A stretch of 64,000 nucleotides of DNA, taken from NCBI GenBank assembly GCA_965237955.1, contig OZ250169.1:6496001-6560000 (forward strand), given 5' to 3'. The first letter of the stretch is position 1, and each line of letters starts with the position of its first letter. Shown piece after piece: positions 21,594-31,499 of the stretch. Source of the DNA: Candidatus Marinacidobacterales bacterium (GTDB lineage: Bacteria; Acidobacteriota; Vicinamibacteria; Marinacidobacterales; SMYC01). Under the pieces are notes generated by a model. It searched no databases. It worked only from the letters and a program-made list of their open reading frames with translations, and had not been told where the DNA came from. Position numbers and translations under genes: made by a program.

Positions 21594-22462
21594 GAGGCTC
21601 CACCGTTATCGAGAAAGACGCGATCCATACGACTCCAGCGAAAATCCGAGAGAAGCCGGTGGAGACGCCCTTCCATGCGACCCAAGTTCAAGTAGTGACG
21701 GAATCGACTCTTGAGCCCGACGTTTTTTTGCCGTGGCTGATCGGTGTCCACCTCCCACGGGTGAAAAAAGAATACGCACGGCTTGCCTTCGCGCTCGTTG
21801 ATATGCCGCACTCCGGTCCGGAACAAACGATACGGAAGCAGACGGAAGTATCCGCCGCCGCCGCTCGGCCAGTTGTGGCGGAAAAAGCGTGCGGTCGAGA
21901 TCGGGATCTCGAGAATACCGCCTCCGCGATGTCGAAACGGAAACCGCGGTGCATCGGGCATTCCGTATAGATCGTGGCGAATCGGATAAATGCTCGACGA
22001 GTAGAGATAGCCCGCATTCTCGAGCTCGTCGAGAGCCCAGAGCGTGTCCTTGTCGATCGAATAGCTCGCCGCACGGTAACCCTTCACCGGGACGCCGCCG
22101 ATGTCCTCCAGGAGTTTTTTCGAACGAGCCGCATCCTCACGGAACTCCGCCGGGTTCTGATCATGTACACGAACGTGCGACAGCCCATGACTCGCGAGCT
22201 CGTGCCCCGCGTCCACGATGTTGTGAACCAATTGCGGATAGCGCTCCGCGACCCATCCGAGCGTGAAGAACGTCGTCTTGACGCCGTGCTGCTCGAAGAG
22301 CGCGAGAACCCGCTCGACGTTTCCCTCGACGCGGCACGGCATGCGATCCCAGTCCTCGCGACGGATGTGATCTTCGAACGCCGAGACATGAAAGTAGTCT
22401 TCGACGTCGACGCTCATCGCATTGATCATTTCCATTTCCACTTCCACTTCAGGCACTGGCAT
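21590..22462 (-). CDS. Polysaccharide deacetylase, XrtA system
   Basis: NAMSVDVEDYFHV, TFFTLGWVAE, HELASHG, GGGYFRL, FHPWEVD. Confidence 0.92.
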   Translation of the reverse strand: MPVPEVEVEMEMINAMSVDVEDYFHVSAFEDHIRREDWDRMPCRVEGNVERVLALFEQHGVKTTFFTLGWVAERYPQLVHNIVDAGHELASHGLSHVRVHDQNPAEFREDAARSKKLLEDIGGVPVKGYRAASYSIDKDTLWALDELENAGYLYSSSIYPIRHDLYGMPDAPRFPFRHRGGGILEIPISTARFFRHNWPSGGGGYFRLLPYRLFRTGVRHINEREGKPCVFFFHPWEVDTDQPRQKNVGLKSRFRHYLNLGRMEGRLHRLLSDFRWSRMDRVFLDNGGAS

Positions 22463-23591
22463 TCTCCGCTACCGCGGCGACGCCTCTTCGCGTGGCAAGC
22501 CACTCGCTCACGACAGCAGCCATTCGCTCTGCTGCCTGCCCGTCCCAAAGCTCGGGCCGTCTGCCTTTCTTTCCACCCGTCGCGAGAACAGCATCGACGG
22601 CAGCTTCGATACGACCCGGGTCGGAGCCGACCACGGTATTCGTTCCTTCGCTGACGGTAATCGGACGCTCGGTGTTGTCACGGAGCGTCACGCACGGGAC
22701 ACCGAGCGCCGTCGTTTCTTCCTGCATCCCACCCGAATCGGTCAGAACAACGGTGGCGTCTTTCATGAGACCGAGCATCTCGAGGTAACCCACCGGCGGA
22801 AGCAAAGCCAATGTCTCGGACGCGCCGACGTCGAGCTCGCGAAGACGCGCTTCGGTACGCGGGTGCACCGGGAATACCAGAGGCAATCGCGTGCTGATGC
22901 GGCCGAGCGTACCCATCAGATCCATCAACACCGATGGCTCATCCACGTTCGAAGGGCGATGTAGTGTCACGACGCCATACGACGAGCCATCGCCCAGCAA
23001 GTCTTCGCGGCCGTATCGAGCGAGCGTCTCCGACGGCGATACCGCGCGATTCGTGTGACCCAAGAGACTGTCGATCATCACGTTGCCGACGAAATGGATC
23101 CGCGCGTCGGCAATCCCCTCTTTCAACAAGTTGTCCCGTGCCTCTGCCTCGGTGATGAAGAGAAGCTCCGAAAGCTGATCCGTCAGCACGCGATTGATCT
23201 CTTCCGGCATCGAGCGGTCGAAGCTACGGAGTCCCGCTTCGACATGAAACACGGGAATGCCCTTCTTGACCGCAACCAGCGCACACGCGATCGTCGAGTT
23301 CACGTCGCCGACGACGACGACCGCGGAGGGAGAAAAGCGCTCGAGCACGGGCTCGAACCGAATCATGATCTGCCCGGTTTGCTCAGCGTGTGAGCCGGAG
23401 CCGACTTCCAGATCGACATCGGGCTCCGGAATACCGAGCTGCCCAAAAAAAGACGCCTTCATGGACGCGTCGTAGTGCTCTCCCGTGTGAACGAGGTGCA
23501 CCGGAATCTCGGCACGCCGAAACGCCTCCATCACGGGGGCGATTTTCATGAAATTCGGCCGTGCACCCACGACCGCAACGATAGATTCCAT
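22449..23591 (-). CDS. wecB: UDP-N-acetylglucosamine 2-epimerase (non-hydrolysing)
   Basis: VGARPNFMK, VGDVNST, HVEAGLRS, TDSGGMQEE, TERP. Confidence 0.93.
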   Translation of the reverse strand: MESIVAVVGARPNFMKIAPVMEAFRRAEIPVHLVHTGEHYDASMKASFFGQLGIPEPDVDLEVGSGSHAEQTGQIMIRFEPVLERFSPSAVVVVGDVNSTIACALVAVKKGIPVFHVEAGLRSFDRSMPEEINRVLTDQLSELLFITEAEARDNLLKEGIADARIHFVGNVMIDSLLGHTNRAVSPSETLARYGREDLLGDGSSYGVVTLHRPSNVDEPSVLMDLMGTLGRISTRLPLVFPVHPRTEARLRELDVGASETLALLPPVGYLEMLGLMKDATVVLTDSGGMQEETTALGVPCVTLRDNTERPITVSEGTNTVVGSDPGRIEAAVDAVLATGGKKGRRPELWDGQAAERMAAVVSEWLATRRGVAAVAENASA

Positions 23592-23633
23592 CCCGCTAAC
23601 TATAACATTTGGGGGAACTTATATACTGAAGAC

Positions 23634-23664
23634 CCGGGAGTTCCGGGAGTTCCGGGAGTTCCGG
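23634..23664. repeat. 9-bp tandem repeat (CCGGGAGTT)x3.4 in the wecB upstream region
   Basis: Read directly from the sequence. Confidence 0.9.
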
Positions 23665-23727
23665 CCCGCTCAGTTGCTACTCGTGGTTGGGAGCGAGAAG
23701 CATACCACACCCGAGAACATCAAGTGA

Positions 23728-23779
23728 CCTCTCGCCCCTGGGGGAGAGGCGGCTCGCAACGCGAGCCGGGTGAGGGGGA
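23728..23779. repeat. REP-like palindromic element
   Basis: CCTCTCGCCCC-TG-GGGGAGAGG followed by CGGCTCGC-AAC-GCGAGCCG and GGTGAGGGGG. Confidence 0.6.
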
Positions 23780-23800
23780 GCCGCAAGCGAGAGCGAAAGC

Positions 23801-25090
23801 TCAAACAAGATCCTGCATAAGTTCCGCGTAACTCCCGCGCCGTCTCACCAACCGAGCCACGCCGTCTGAAACGAGGACTTCGGGTGGCGTGACGTGGCTC
23901 AGAAATCCCAACGGGCTCGCCGCACGTGCGTAGGCGCCCGATTGAAACACTCCAATGAGATCCCCGACCTCGACTTCCGGCAACGACACGTTTCTCGCGA
24001 GAACGTCAAGCGGTGTACACAGCGGACCAACCACATCCGCCTTCGACGAGCCATCCTCTCCCATGCGATTCAGAACAGCCAGCGGAAAGTTTCGCTTGAT
24101 CACTTGCCCGAGATTTCCTGACGCCGCAAGGTGATGGTTCATGCCGCCATCGACAACGACGAAGCGTTTTCCGCGGGACTCTTTCACATCCACCACGCGC
24201 GTGACGTACAAGCCCGCCTCGCCGACAAGGTAACGACCGGGCTCCACCATCAGACGTGTCTCGGTATCCACGTCTCGAACGAGCGCATCAACGAGCTCCC
24301 CATAGCGATTCTCGTCGAGCTCGGCGTCTCCGTCGAAATACGGAATTCCGAGACCTCCCCCGAAATCCACCGTGGAGAGAGCACGTCCCAACTTCGTCGC
24401 GAGTCGGCCCGCAATCTCCAGACACTTTCGATACTGCGCCTCGAGGACGTCCGCATCGAGGATCTGCGTACCGGAAAAAATGTGGACGCCGCTCACTTCG
24501 ATCCGCGACGATGCCGCCAGCGCATCGACGACCTCGTCCATGCTCTCCTCGTCGACGCCGAATGGCGCCGACTTGCCACCCATGCGCATGGCACCGCCTT
24601 GCGCGTCCGCGGTTGGGTTCACGCGCACCGCTGCCCTCACGTTCGCTCCGCGCTCGTCGCACAACCGAGCCAACCGAGCGGCCTCGTTCGCAGACTCGAC
24701 ATGGATCTCGCCACCCTCCGCTTCGAGAAACTCGCGTATCTCGCCGTCCGACTTGCCCGGCCCCGCAAACACGATCCGCTCGGCGGGGCATCCGGCCGCG
24801 AGCGCTTGAGCGAGCTCGCCTCCCGACGCAATCTCGAGCCCACACCCGTGCCCGAGAAACGTTCTTAGAATGGCGCGGTTCGGGTTGGCTTTGACGGAGT
24901 AGTAGATCTCGACGCGCTCAGGCAGAGCCTTTCGTAGCCGGGCCCACTTTTCGTCGAGAATCTCCTGGTCATACGCGAACAACGGTGTGCCGTGCTCCTC
25001 GGCGATGCCACCAACGCGAAGGCCTCCAATGGCAAGCTCACTCCCCGCCACTCCGAAGTACGACTCTTGGACCGAATCGACGAGCGTCAC
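23801..25090 (-). CDS. PLP-dependent decarboxylase (LysA-like), XrtA-system associated
   Basis: YSVKAN, FAGPGKS, DFGGGLG, EPGRYLV, VGPLCTPLD, GAY. GTG start overlaps the ligase stop. Confidence 0.88.
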   Translation of the reverse strand: MTLVDSVQESYFGVAGSELAIGGLRVGGIAEEHGTPLFAYDQEILDEKWARLRKALPERVEIYYSVKANPNRAILRTFLGHGCGLEIASGGELAQALAAGCPAERIVFAGPGKSDGEIREFLEAEGGEIHVESANEAARLARLCDERGANVRAAVRVNPTADAQGGAMRMGGKSAPFGVDEESMDEVVDALAASSRIEVSGVHIFSGTQILDADVLEAQYRKCLEIAGRLATKLGRALSTVDFGGGLGIPYFDGDAELDENRYGELVDALVRDVDTETRLMVEPGRYLVGEAGLYVTRVVDVKESRGKRFVVVDGGMNHHLAASGNLGQVIKRNFPLAVLNRMGEDGSSKADVVGPLCTPLDVLARNVSLPEVEVGDLIGVFQSGAYARAASPLGFLSHVTPPEVLVSDGVARLVRRRGSYAELMQDLV

Positions 25091-26658
25091 GAGTCGAGCC
25101 CTTCCCGACGTCGAAGCGCCGAGTAGTCGATCTTGCCGCTTCCGGTCTTGGGCAAGCTGTCCATCGACTCCACCGTCTTCGGAACCATGTGCCGCGGGAT
25201 GCGCTCCCAACAAAACGCTATCAAGGATTCCGCATCGACGGTGTCGCCGTCCCGCGGGACGACGAACGCTTTGATCGCCTGACCGAGAATCTCATCCGGA
25301 AGCCCGACGACAGCGGCTTCACGAAGCGTTCCCGTCTGGAACAAGACGGACTCGACCTCGGTGGGGCTGATGCGAAAGCCGGCCGATTTGATCATCGCGT
25401 CCCGGCAAGCGACGAAGTAGAGAAAACCCTCTTCATCAGTCTTCACGAGGTCTCCGGAGTAAACGACCTTCTCGGCCTCGCCGAGCTCGGGTGGCCGCAA
25501 GGGACGCGGGCGGATCGACTTCGCCGTCAACTCGGGTTGCCTCCAGTACCCCATCGAGACCGTCGGACCCCGGTGGACGAGCTCCCCAACCTCTCCAGGC
25601 CCACAAAGCTCACCGTCGTCGTTGACCACCAAAATCTCGGTATCGGGGATGGCCTTACCCATGGAAGTGGGTCTCCGATCGAGCTCCTCGGGCGACAAAT
25701 ACGTCGAGCGAAACGCCTCGGTCAACCCATACATGAGAAACACTTTCGTATCCGGGAGGTTGTTGCGAAGCGACTCGAGGACACCCAACGGCATCGCACC
25801 CCCCGTGTTCGATATGTACTGCAGGTGCGGGTACTCGTGCTTGCGAAGCGAGGAGCTCGGCTGTGCCATGAGACTCCAGAGCGGCGGCACACCTCCCATG
25901 CCGGTAATCTCCTCGTCGATGAGCGTCTCGACGAGCTGCCGTGCGAACACGAATGGCTTGATAACGACCGTCGCTCCATGCTGCATCGCGGTCATGAGCT
26001 GATTCAGCCCCGCGTCAAAGCTGAACGGAAGCGCCGCGAGCGTTCGATGCTCGTGTGTGATCCCGAGGTAGCTCGACACGATGGAGCTACCTGCCATGAT
26101 CTGTTCATGGCTGAGCATCACGCCTTTGGCACGGCCGGTCGAGCCCGAAGTGTAGATGAGCGCCGCGAGGTCTTTCCCGATCGATAACTCGCGCCAGTCT
26201 GCCGGTACGGCGTCTTCCGAAAGCGCGGCAAAGCTCTGAACCTCTAGAGAGAAATCAGGGAGCTTGCCTTCCCCTGACACGACGACGAAATCCAAGTTTG
26301 TTGCAGGTAGTATTTCTCGAACTCGTTCGTTGCTTTGGCTCGTGATGAGGCCGCGCATCCCGCAATCGTTGGCGATGTGCGTCACCTGGTCTGGAAACAG
26401 CACTTCGTTAATGGGAACGAAGACGCCGCCCGCGCGGCAAACGGCCAAAATCGACAGCGCTTGGGCTTCCGAGGGCTCCGTGTAAATCCCGATTCGATCG
26501 CCGCGTGCGATCCCCAGACGACGGAGCCCGCTCGCCAACCCACATACGTGACGCCACGCCTCGCCGAAACTCAGGCGCGCGTTGCCACAAACGATCGCCT
26601 CTTTGTCCGGCGAGCGCGCCGCGCTAGCCCGGAGCATATGGTGGATGAGAAAGTTCAT
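25087..26658 (-). CDS. AMP-dependent acyl-CoA ligase/adenylation enzyme, XrtA-system associated
   Basis: YTSGSTGRAKG, MYGLTEAFRST, SGDLV, GFRISPTEVE, PKTGSGKID. Confidence 0.92.
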   Translation of the reverse strand: MNFLIHHMLRASAARSPDKEAIVCGNARLSFGEAWRHVCGLASGLRRLGIARGDRIGIYTEPSEAQALSILAVCRAGGVFVPINEVLFPDQVTHIANDCGMRGLITSQSNERVREILPATNLDFVVVSGEGKLPDFSLEVQSFAALSEDAVPADWRELSIGKDLAALIYTSGSTGRAKGVMLSHEQIMAGSSIVSSYLGITHEHRTLAALPFSFDAGLNQLMTAMQHGATVVIKPFVFARQLVETLIDEEITGMGGVPPLWSLMAQPSSSLRKHEYPHLQYISNTGGAMPLGVLESLRNNLPDTKVFLMYGLTEAFRSTYLSPEELDRRPTSMGKAIPDTEILVVNDDGELCGPGEVGELVHRGPTVSMGYWRQPELTAKSIRPRPLRPPELGEAEKVVYSGDLVKTDEEGFLYFVACRDAMIKSAGFRISPTEVESVLFQTGTLREAAVVGLPDEILGQAIKAFVVPRDGDTVDAESLIAFCWERIPRHMVPKTVESMDSLPKTGSGKIDYSALRRREGLDS

Positions 26659-26666
26659 CGGCCTGA

Positions 26667-26921
26667 CTAGGCGGGCTCGGTCGTCTCCGCGTTCGAGTCG
26701 ACGAAGGTCGTGATCGCATCGATGCTCGCGAAATTTTCTGGAACCAAATCATCGTCTTCTACGCTCACACTCAGCTCGCTTTGCAGATAGTCGACGAGCT
26801 CGAGAATTCCGAGCGAATCCAGCACGCCTTCTTCGAGTAGCTGGCTAGAATCTTCGAGACCGCGTGATTTCGCGAGCGGAAATTTATCGAAAATGAATTG
26901 CCGGATCTGATCTCTTGTCAC
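26667..26921 (-). CDS. Acyl carrier protein
   Basis: GVLDSLG phosphopantetheine motif and PENFASI; 84 aa, acidic. Confidence 0.9.
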   Translation of the reverse strand: MTRDQIRQFIFDKFPLAKSRGLEDSSQLLEEGVLDSLGILELVDYLQSELSVSVEDDDLVPENFASIDAITTFVDSNAETTEPA

Positions 26922-26940
26922 CTACACCTCCGCACTGTGT

Positions 26941-27620
26941 TCAATAAATGTCGCGATCGCCACTGTGGAGAAACCAACGAGCAGGATCCGTCAAAACACC
27001 TTCGCGCGCATAGGCTACGAACGGTCCGGAGTCGCGTCGTTAGAATCCCAGCTCGCCGAGCACTTCCATCCAGGGGTGCTCCTCAGATAACGCCGTCGTC
27101 ACCGAGGTGGCGCCGCGCTCGCGCGCTTCGTCGACAACCGTGAGAACGAGCTCTCGCAGAGCTCGCGTATCGCCCGTACCGAACATGTCTACGATCTCGA
27201 CGTCGTCGTCGTCTTCAGTGATGCGGTACGCGATCGAACCTTCGCCTCCACCGGTTACGCTGAGAATCGACACCGCTCCACTCGGATTCTCCAGGTAGCG
27301 CCAATTGAGATAGTCCGAGGTGCGGCACAAAGTAACGCCCTCTTCTAGGCCGTAGCCCATGTTCGGTGACACATCGAGCCCGGTTTTTCGAACGCTCAGC
27401 TCGACACTCTTGTCCCGTTTCGTAAGAGCAGCGCGCGCAGCCAGCACCGTGTTCCCGGCAACGCTCAAGCTCTTGGCGAGCGTCGGACTACTGACCCTCT
27501 GTTCGATGGCGCGATTGGTCTTGAGAAGGTGGACCAAGCGAACGAGCTCACCGTTTCGCACCGCCCCCATCCGCTGGTAGACGGCCATCATCGACCGACT
27601 CGGAAAGTCGTACCAAAGAC
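26941..27620 (-). pseudogene. GNAT-like acyltransferase remnant: 5'-truncated, with an internal TAA at 27040-42
   Basis: YDFPS, RTSDYLNWRY, then ELGF*RRDSGPFVAY..WFLHSGDRDIY* in frame. Confidence 0.7.
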
Positions 27621-28258
27621 TCGTAGTGCAGTACATGTTTTGGAGAACGACGCAGACATCGCTCGAAACTGCAGGGATACTCCAGAACGGCGAGTGTTTG
27701 GATATTCGTGATGTAACTCCAGCGAGCCCGATCGTGTGGCGGATCATAGAACATGGAGAACGTTCCCTGAGCGAGAGCGGGCGGCAGGAACTTCTGGAGG
27801 TTTTGGGTGAACGCCTCGCGGTAGAGCACGCGACGATTCGCAAACGGCGTTCGTTGAGCCTATTGACCATACGAGAGCTCAAGGATCTCGTGGCGACGGG
27901 TGTGGATATTCAACTCCACACGCATCGACACAGATTGCCCGTAGACCAGTCCGAAATCGAAAAGGAAATCGCCGACAACCGAGCAATTCTCGAGCCCCTG
28001 GCGGGTAAGCGACTGAACCATCTCTGCTACCCGAGCGGCGAGTGGTCCGAGGAGCAGCTGCCTTTCCTTCGCAAATTGGAGATCCATAGCGCGACCACTT
28101 GCATGGTAGGGATGAACGACGCAGACACGCATCCCTTGGCTCTCAACCGCCTCTTGGACGCCGACGACCTAAGTCAGTTGGAGTTCGAGGCCGAAGTGAC
28201 GGGTTTTCTTGAGCTTCTGCGCGTGGTTCGCGGAAGGCGCTCGAAGTACGTTGGCTAG
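27611..28258 (+). pseudogene. Polysaccharide deacetylase (NodB-like) fragment lacking its N-terminus
   Basis: DIQLHTHRH, CYPSG, SATTC..GMN and LNRLLD are present; the N-terminal TFDD motif is absent. Confidence 0.72.
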
Positions 28259-28285
28259 GCGGAGTCGCGCCGGCAAGTCATGGCT

Positions 28286-31200
28286 TCACGAAAGGAAATC
28301 GTGCCACGCAGTAGCCGCAGCTCTGGCCCCTTTCCTCCATCTGAGTGCCTCGACGAGGGCGCGCGCTAGCTGCAAATCCGTCACCAGCGGAATGCCGTTG
28401 TCCACCGCACTCCGACGGATCAGGTATCCATCTGGGCGGCCGAGCTCGTCGAACTCCACAGGGACGTTGATGACGAGGTCGACTCTGCCCTTCTCGATCA
28501 ACGCAAGTGCACTGCTCTCGCTCCCCTCGGTTTTCTCGACGGTGACGCAATCGACTCCAACCTTCGCTAGCGCTTCGGCTGTGCCTGCGGTGGCATAGAT
28601 CGGCAACTCGAGCTCCTCGGCGATGACTTTGGCTTCGTCAGCGAACCAGTATTTGTCGGCTACCGGGCCGAGAGATAGGAGAACGCCTTTTTGGGGAGGT
28701 CGGAATCCAGTGGCCGTGAGCGCGTGCAGGAGCGCTTCGTGCAGGTCCTCGCCGAGACAACCTACCTCTCCCGTGCTGGCCATCTCTACACCGAGCATCG
28801 GGTCGGCGCCGACGAGGCGGGAGAATGAGAACATCGGCGCCTTGACGCCGACGTAGTCGAGGTCGAGGCTTCGGTTCACGACGTCTCGCTGGATCCCCAG
28901 CATGCGCCGCGTCGCCTCGGCGGCGTAGTTTTGTCCGGTGACTTTGGAGACGAAGGGAAAGCTCCTCGACGCCCGCAAATTGCACTCGATGACTTTGACA
29001 GCGTTGTGTTTGGCGAGAAACTGCATGTTGAACGGGCCTGTGATTTCCAGAGCCCGGGCCACCTGGCTTGCGATTTTCCTCACGCGACGGATGGTCGCGA
29101 TGTAGAGCGTCTGCGGAGGCAGTACCAGCGTCGCGTCACCGCTGTGGACGCCGGCGTCTTCGATGTGCTCGCTGATGGCCCAGAGCACGAGCTCTCCCCT
29201 GTCGGCGACGGCATCGACTTCGACTTCGCGTGCGTGGGTCTCGAATTTCGAGACGACCACCGGATGATCCTGCGATACACGTTTGGCCTTGGCGAGGATG
29301 CGACGGAGCTCGTTCGGCTCGTGGGCCACGCTCATGGCAGCGCCGCTGAGAACGTAGCTCGGTCGCACGAGTACCGGAAACCCTCCGAGTCTCTCGACGA
29401 TGTCGTCGACTTGAGTCACGTCGGTGACGTGGGCCCACTGCGGCTGGTCGATCTCGAGCTCGTCCAGGAGTGCGCTGAACTTTTGGCGATCTTCCGCTTT
29501 GTCGATGTTGGTGGGGTGAGTGCCGATAATGGGCGCGCCGGCTTCGTGTAAGCGCATGGCGAGGTTGTTCGGAACCTGACCTCCCATGCTGACGATGATG
29601 CCGTCGGGTTTTTCGGTGTCGACGATGTCGAGAACGGTTTCCAAGCTGATCTCGTCGAAGATGAGCTTGTCACACACGTCGTAGTCGGTGCTCACCGTTT
29701 CCGGGTTGTAGTTGAGCATGATCGTCTCGTACCCGGCAGCGGCGGCGGCCTCGACCGCGTTCACCGCGCACCAGTCGAACTCGACGCTCGAACCGATCCG
29801 GTAGACGCCGGAGCCGAGCACCATGATCTTCTTGCGGTCCGACGGCGCGACGTCGCTCGCGTGCGCGTGATACGTGGAGTAGAGATAGTTGGTCTCGGCA
29901 GGAAACTCGGCGGCCATGGTGTCGATCTGCGCCAAGTGACGACGTATTCCGTGCTTCCGCCTCGCGGCACGGGTCGTTCCGCGACTCTCGCCGCGAAGCT
30001 CATCGATGCCCGCGTCGGAGAAGCCTAGCTTCTTCGCCGAGCGGAGCGCTTCCGGCACGAGCTCCTTCGCTCGAGAGAGGTCTTCGTACATCGACACGAT
30101 CGGCTGGATCGAGCTCAGGAACCACGGGTCGATATGGGTGAGCTCGTGGATCGCTTCGACCGTCATCCCCTCGCGGAGTGCCGCCGCAACCGCAAAGATT
30201 CGGCGCGGCGTGGCGAGCCTGAGCTCGGTCTCCAGATCGTCGAACTCGAAGGCACTCGGGTCCAAGCCTCTGACACCGATATCGAGCATCCGCAGTGCCT
30301 TTTGGATGACTTCGGGAAATGTCCGGCCGATCGCCATGACCTCGCCCACGCTTTTCATCTCGCTACCGATACGCTCGACGGCGCCGCGGAACTTCCCGAG
30401 GTCCCACCGCGGCACTTTGCAAACGATGTAGTCGAGAGACGGCTCGAAAAACACCGTTGTACGACGGGTGATGCCGTTCGGGATTTCCGGCAGCGCGTAG
30501 CCGATCGCGAGTTTTGCGGCGACGTACGCCAGTGGGTAGCCGGTGGCTTTGCTCGCGAGCGCACTCGATCGGGACAAGCGCGCGTTGACTTCGATGACGC
30601 GATAATCATTGCTCTTGGGGTCGAGCGCGAACTGGACGTTGCACTCGCCGACGATACCGAGGTGGCGCACGATGCTGAGCGAGATCGTTCGCAGGAGCTG
30701 ATACTCCTCGTCGTTCAGGGTCTGCGAAGGTGCCACGACGATGGACTCGCCAGTGTGTATCCCCATCGGGTCGAGGTTTTCCATGTTGCAGACGGTGACG
30801 CAGTTGTCGCGCGCGTCGCGAACGACTTCGTACTCGATCTCTTTCCAGCCACGCAGGTACTCTTCGACGAGGACCTGACTCATTCCTCCCGAAAATGCTC
30901 GCTGCAGCGCATCGTCGAGCGCGTCTTCGCTTTCGACGACACTGCTTCCCTTGCCGCCCAACGCGTAGGCGCCGCGCAGCATGACCGGGAGACCAATTTC
31001 CATTGCGGCCTCGCGCGCCTCATCGGGGTTCGCGCACGCGCGGCTGGTTGCGACTTTGACGTCGATCTCACCCAAGCGTTCGTTGAAGCTTTGCCGGTCC
31101 TCGGAGTCCTCGATCGCCTGAATCGGGGGGCCTAGAACACGGAGGCCCAACTCATCCAAAACGCCGCTGCGATGAAGCTCCAGCCCGCAATTCAGCGCGG

Positions 31201-31489
31201 TCTGCCCGCCGAACGACAACAAGATGGAATCGGCGTCTTCTTTCTTCGCGACTTCCGACACGATCTCGGGCGTCACTGCGTGAAGGTAGATGCGATCCGC
31301 CAACCCTTCGCTGGTTTGCACGGTAGCGATGTTGGGGTTGACGAGAATCGTGCGAATCCCCTCTTCGCGCAGCGCCTTGATCGCTTGCGAGCCGGAGTAG
31401 TCGAACTCGCCGGCCTGACCGATCTGGAGTGCGCCGGAGCCCAGGACTAGAACGCGTCGTGGTTTTTTCGGAAGATAGATGCCGTGCAC
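28286..31489 (-). CDS. carB: Carbamoyl-phosphate synthase large subunit
   Basis: IGQAGEFDYSGSQA, GIHTGESIVVAP, IEVNARLSRSSALASKATGYP, NPETVSTDYD; MGS-like C-terminus. Confidence 0.97.
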   Translation of the reverse strand: MHGIYLPKKPRRVLVLGSGALQIGQAGEFDYSGSQAIKALREEGIRTILVNPNIATVQTSEGLADRIYLHAVTPEIVSEVAKKEDADSILLSFGGQTALNCGLELHRSGVLDELGLRVLGPPIQAIEDSEDRQSFNERLGEIDVKVATSRACANPDEAREAAMEIGLPVMLRGAYALGGKGSSVVESEDALDDALQRAFSGGMSQVLVEEYLRGWKEIEYEVVRDARDNCVTVCNMENLDPMGIHTGESIVVAPSQTLNDEEYQLLRTISLSIVRHLGIVGECNVQFALDPKSNDYRVIEVNARLSRSSALASKATGYPLAYVAAKLAIGYALPEIPNGITRRTTVFFEPSLDYIVCKVPRWDLGKFRGAVERIGSEMKSVGEVMAIGRTFPEVIQKALRMLDIGVRGLDPSAFEFDDLETELRLATPRRIFAVAAALREGMTVEAIHELTHIDPWFLSSIQPIVSMYEDLSRAKELVPEALRSAKKLGFSDAGIDELRGESRGTTRAARRKHGIRRHLAQIDTMAAEFPAETNYLYSTYHAHASDVAPSDRKKIMVLGSGVYRIGSSVEFDWCAVNAVEAAAAAGYETIMLNYNPETVSTDYDVCDKLIFDEISLETVLDIVDTEKPDGIIVSMGGQVPNNLAMRLHEAGAPIIGTHPTNIDKAEDRQKFSALLDELEIDQPQWAHVTDVTQVDDIVERLGGFPVLVRPSYVLSGAAMSVAHEPNELRRILAKAKRVSQDHPVVVSKFETHAREVEVDAVADRGELVLWAISEHIEDAGVHSGDATLVLPPQTLYIATIRRVRKIASQVARALEITGPFNMQFLAKHNAVKVIECNLRASRSFPFVSKVTGQNYAAEATRRMLGIQRDVVNRSLDLDYVGVKAPMFSFSRLVGADPMLGVEMASTGEVGCLGEDLHEALLHALTATGFRPPQKGVLLSLGPVADKYWFADEAKVIAEELELPIYATAGTAEALAKVGVDCVTVEKTEGSESSALALIEKGRVDLVINVPVEFDELGRPDGYLIRRSAVDNGIPLVTDLQLARALVEALRWRKGARAAATAWHDFLS

Positions 31490-31499
31490 GTTACATTAC

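Noticed and set aside
23634-23664. CRISPR-like array
   Set aside because: A 9-bp tandem repeat without spacers; no cas genes and no CRISPR array seen anywhere in the window
1734-27042. Stop-codon recoding (pyrrolysine/selenocysteine or an alternative code) as the explanation for in-frame stops
   Set aside because: The three internal stops are TAG, TGA and TAA, two of them in genes already broken by other lesions, and all three codons terminate normal genes here
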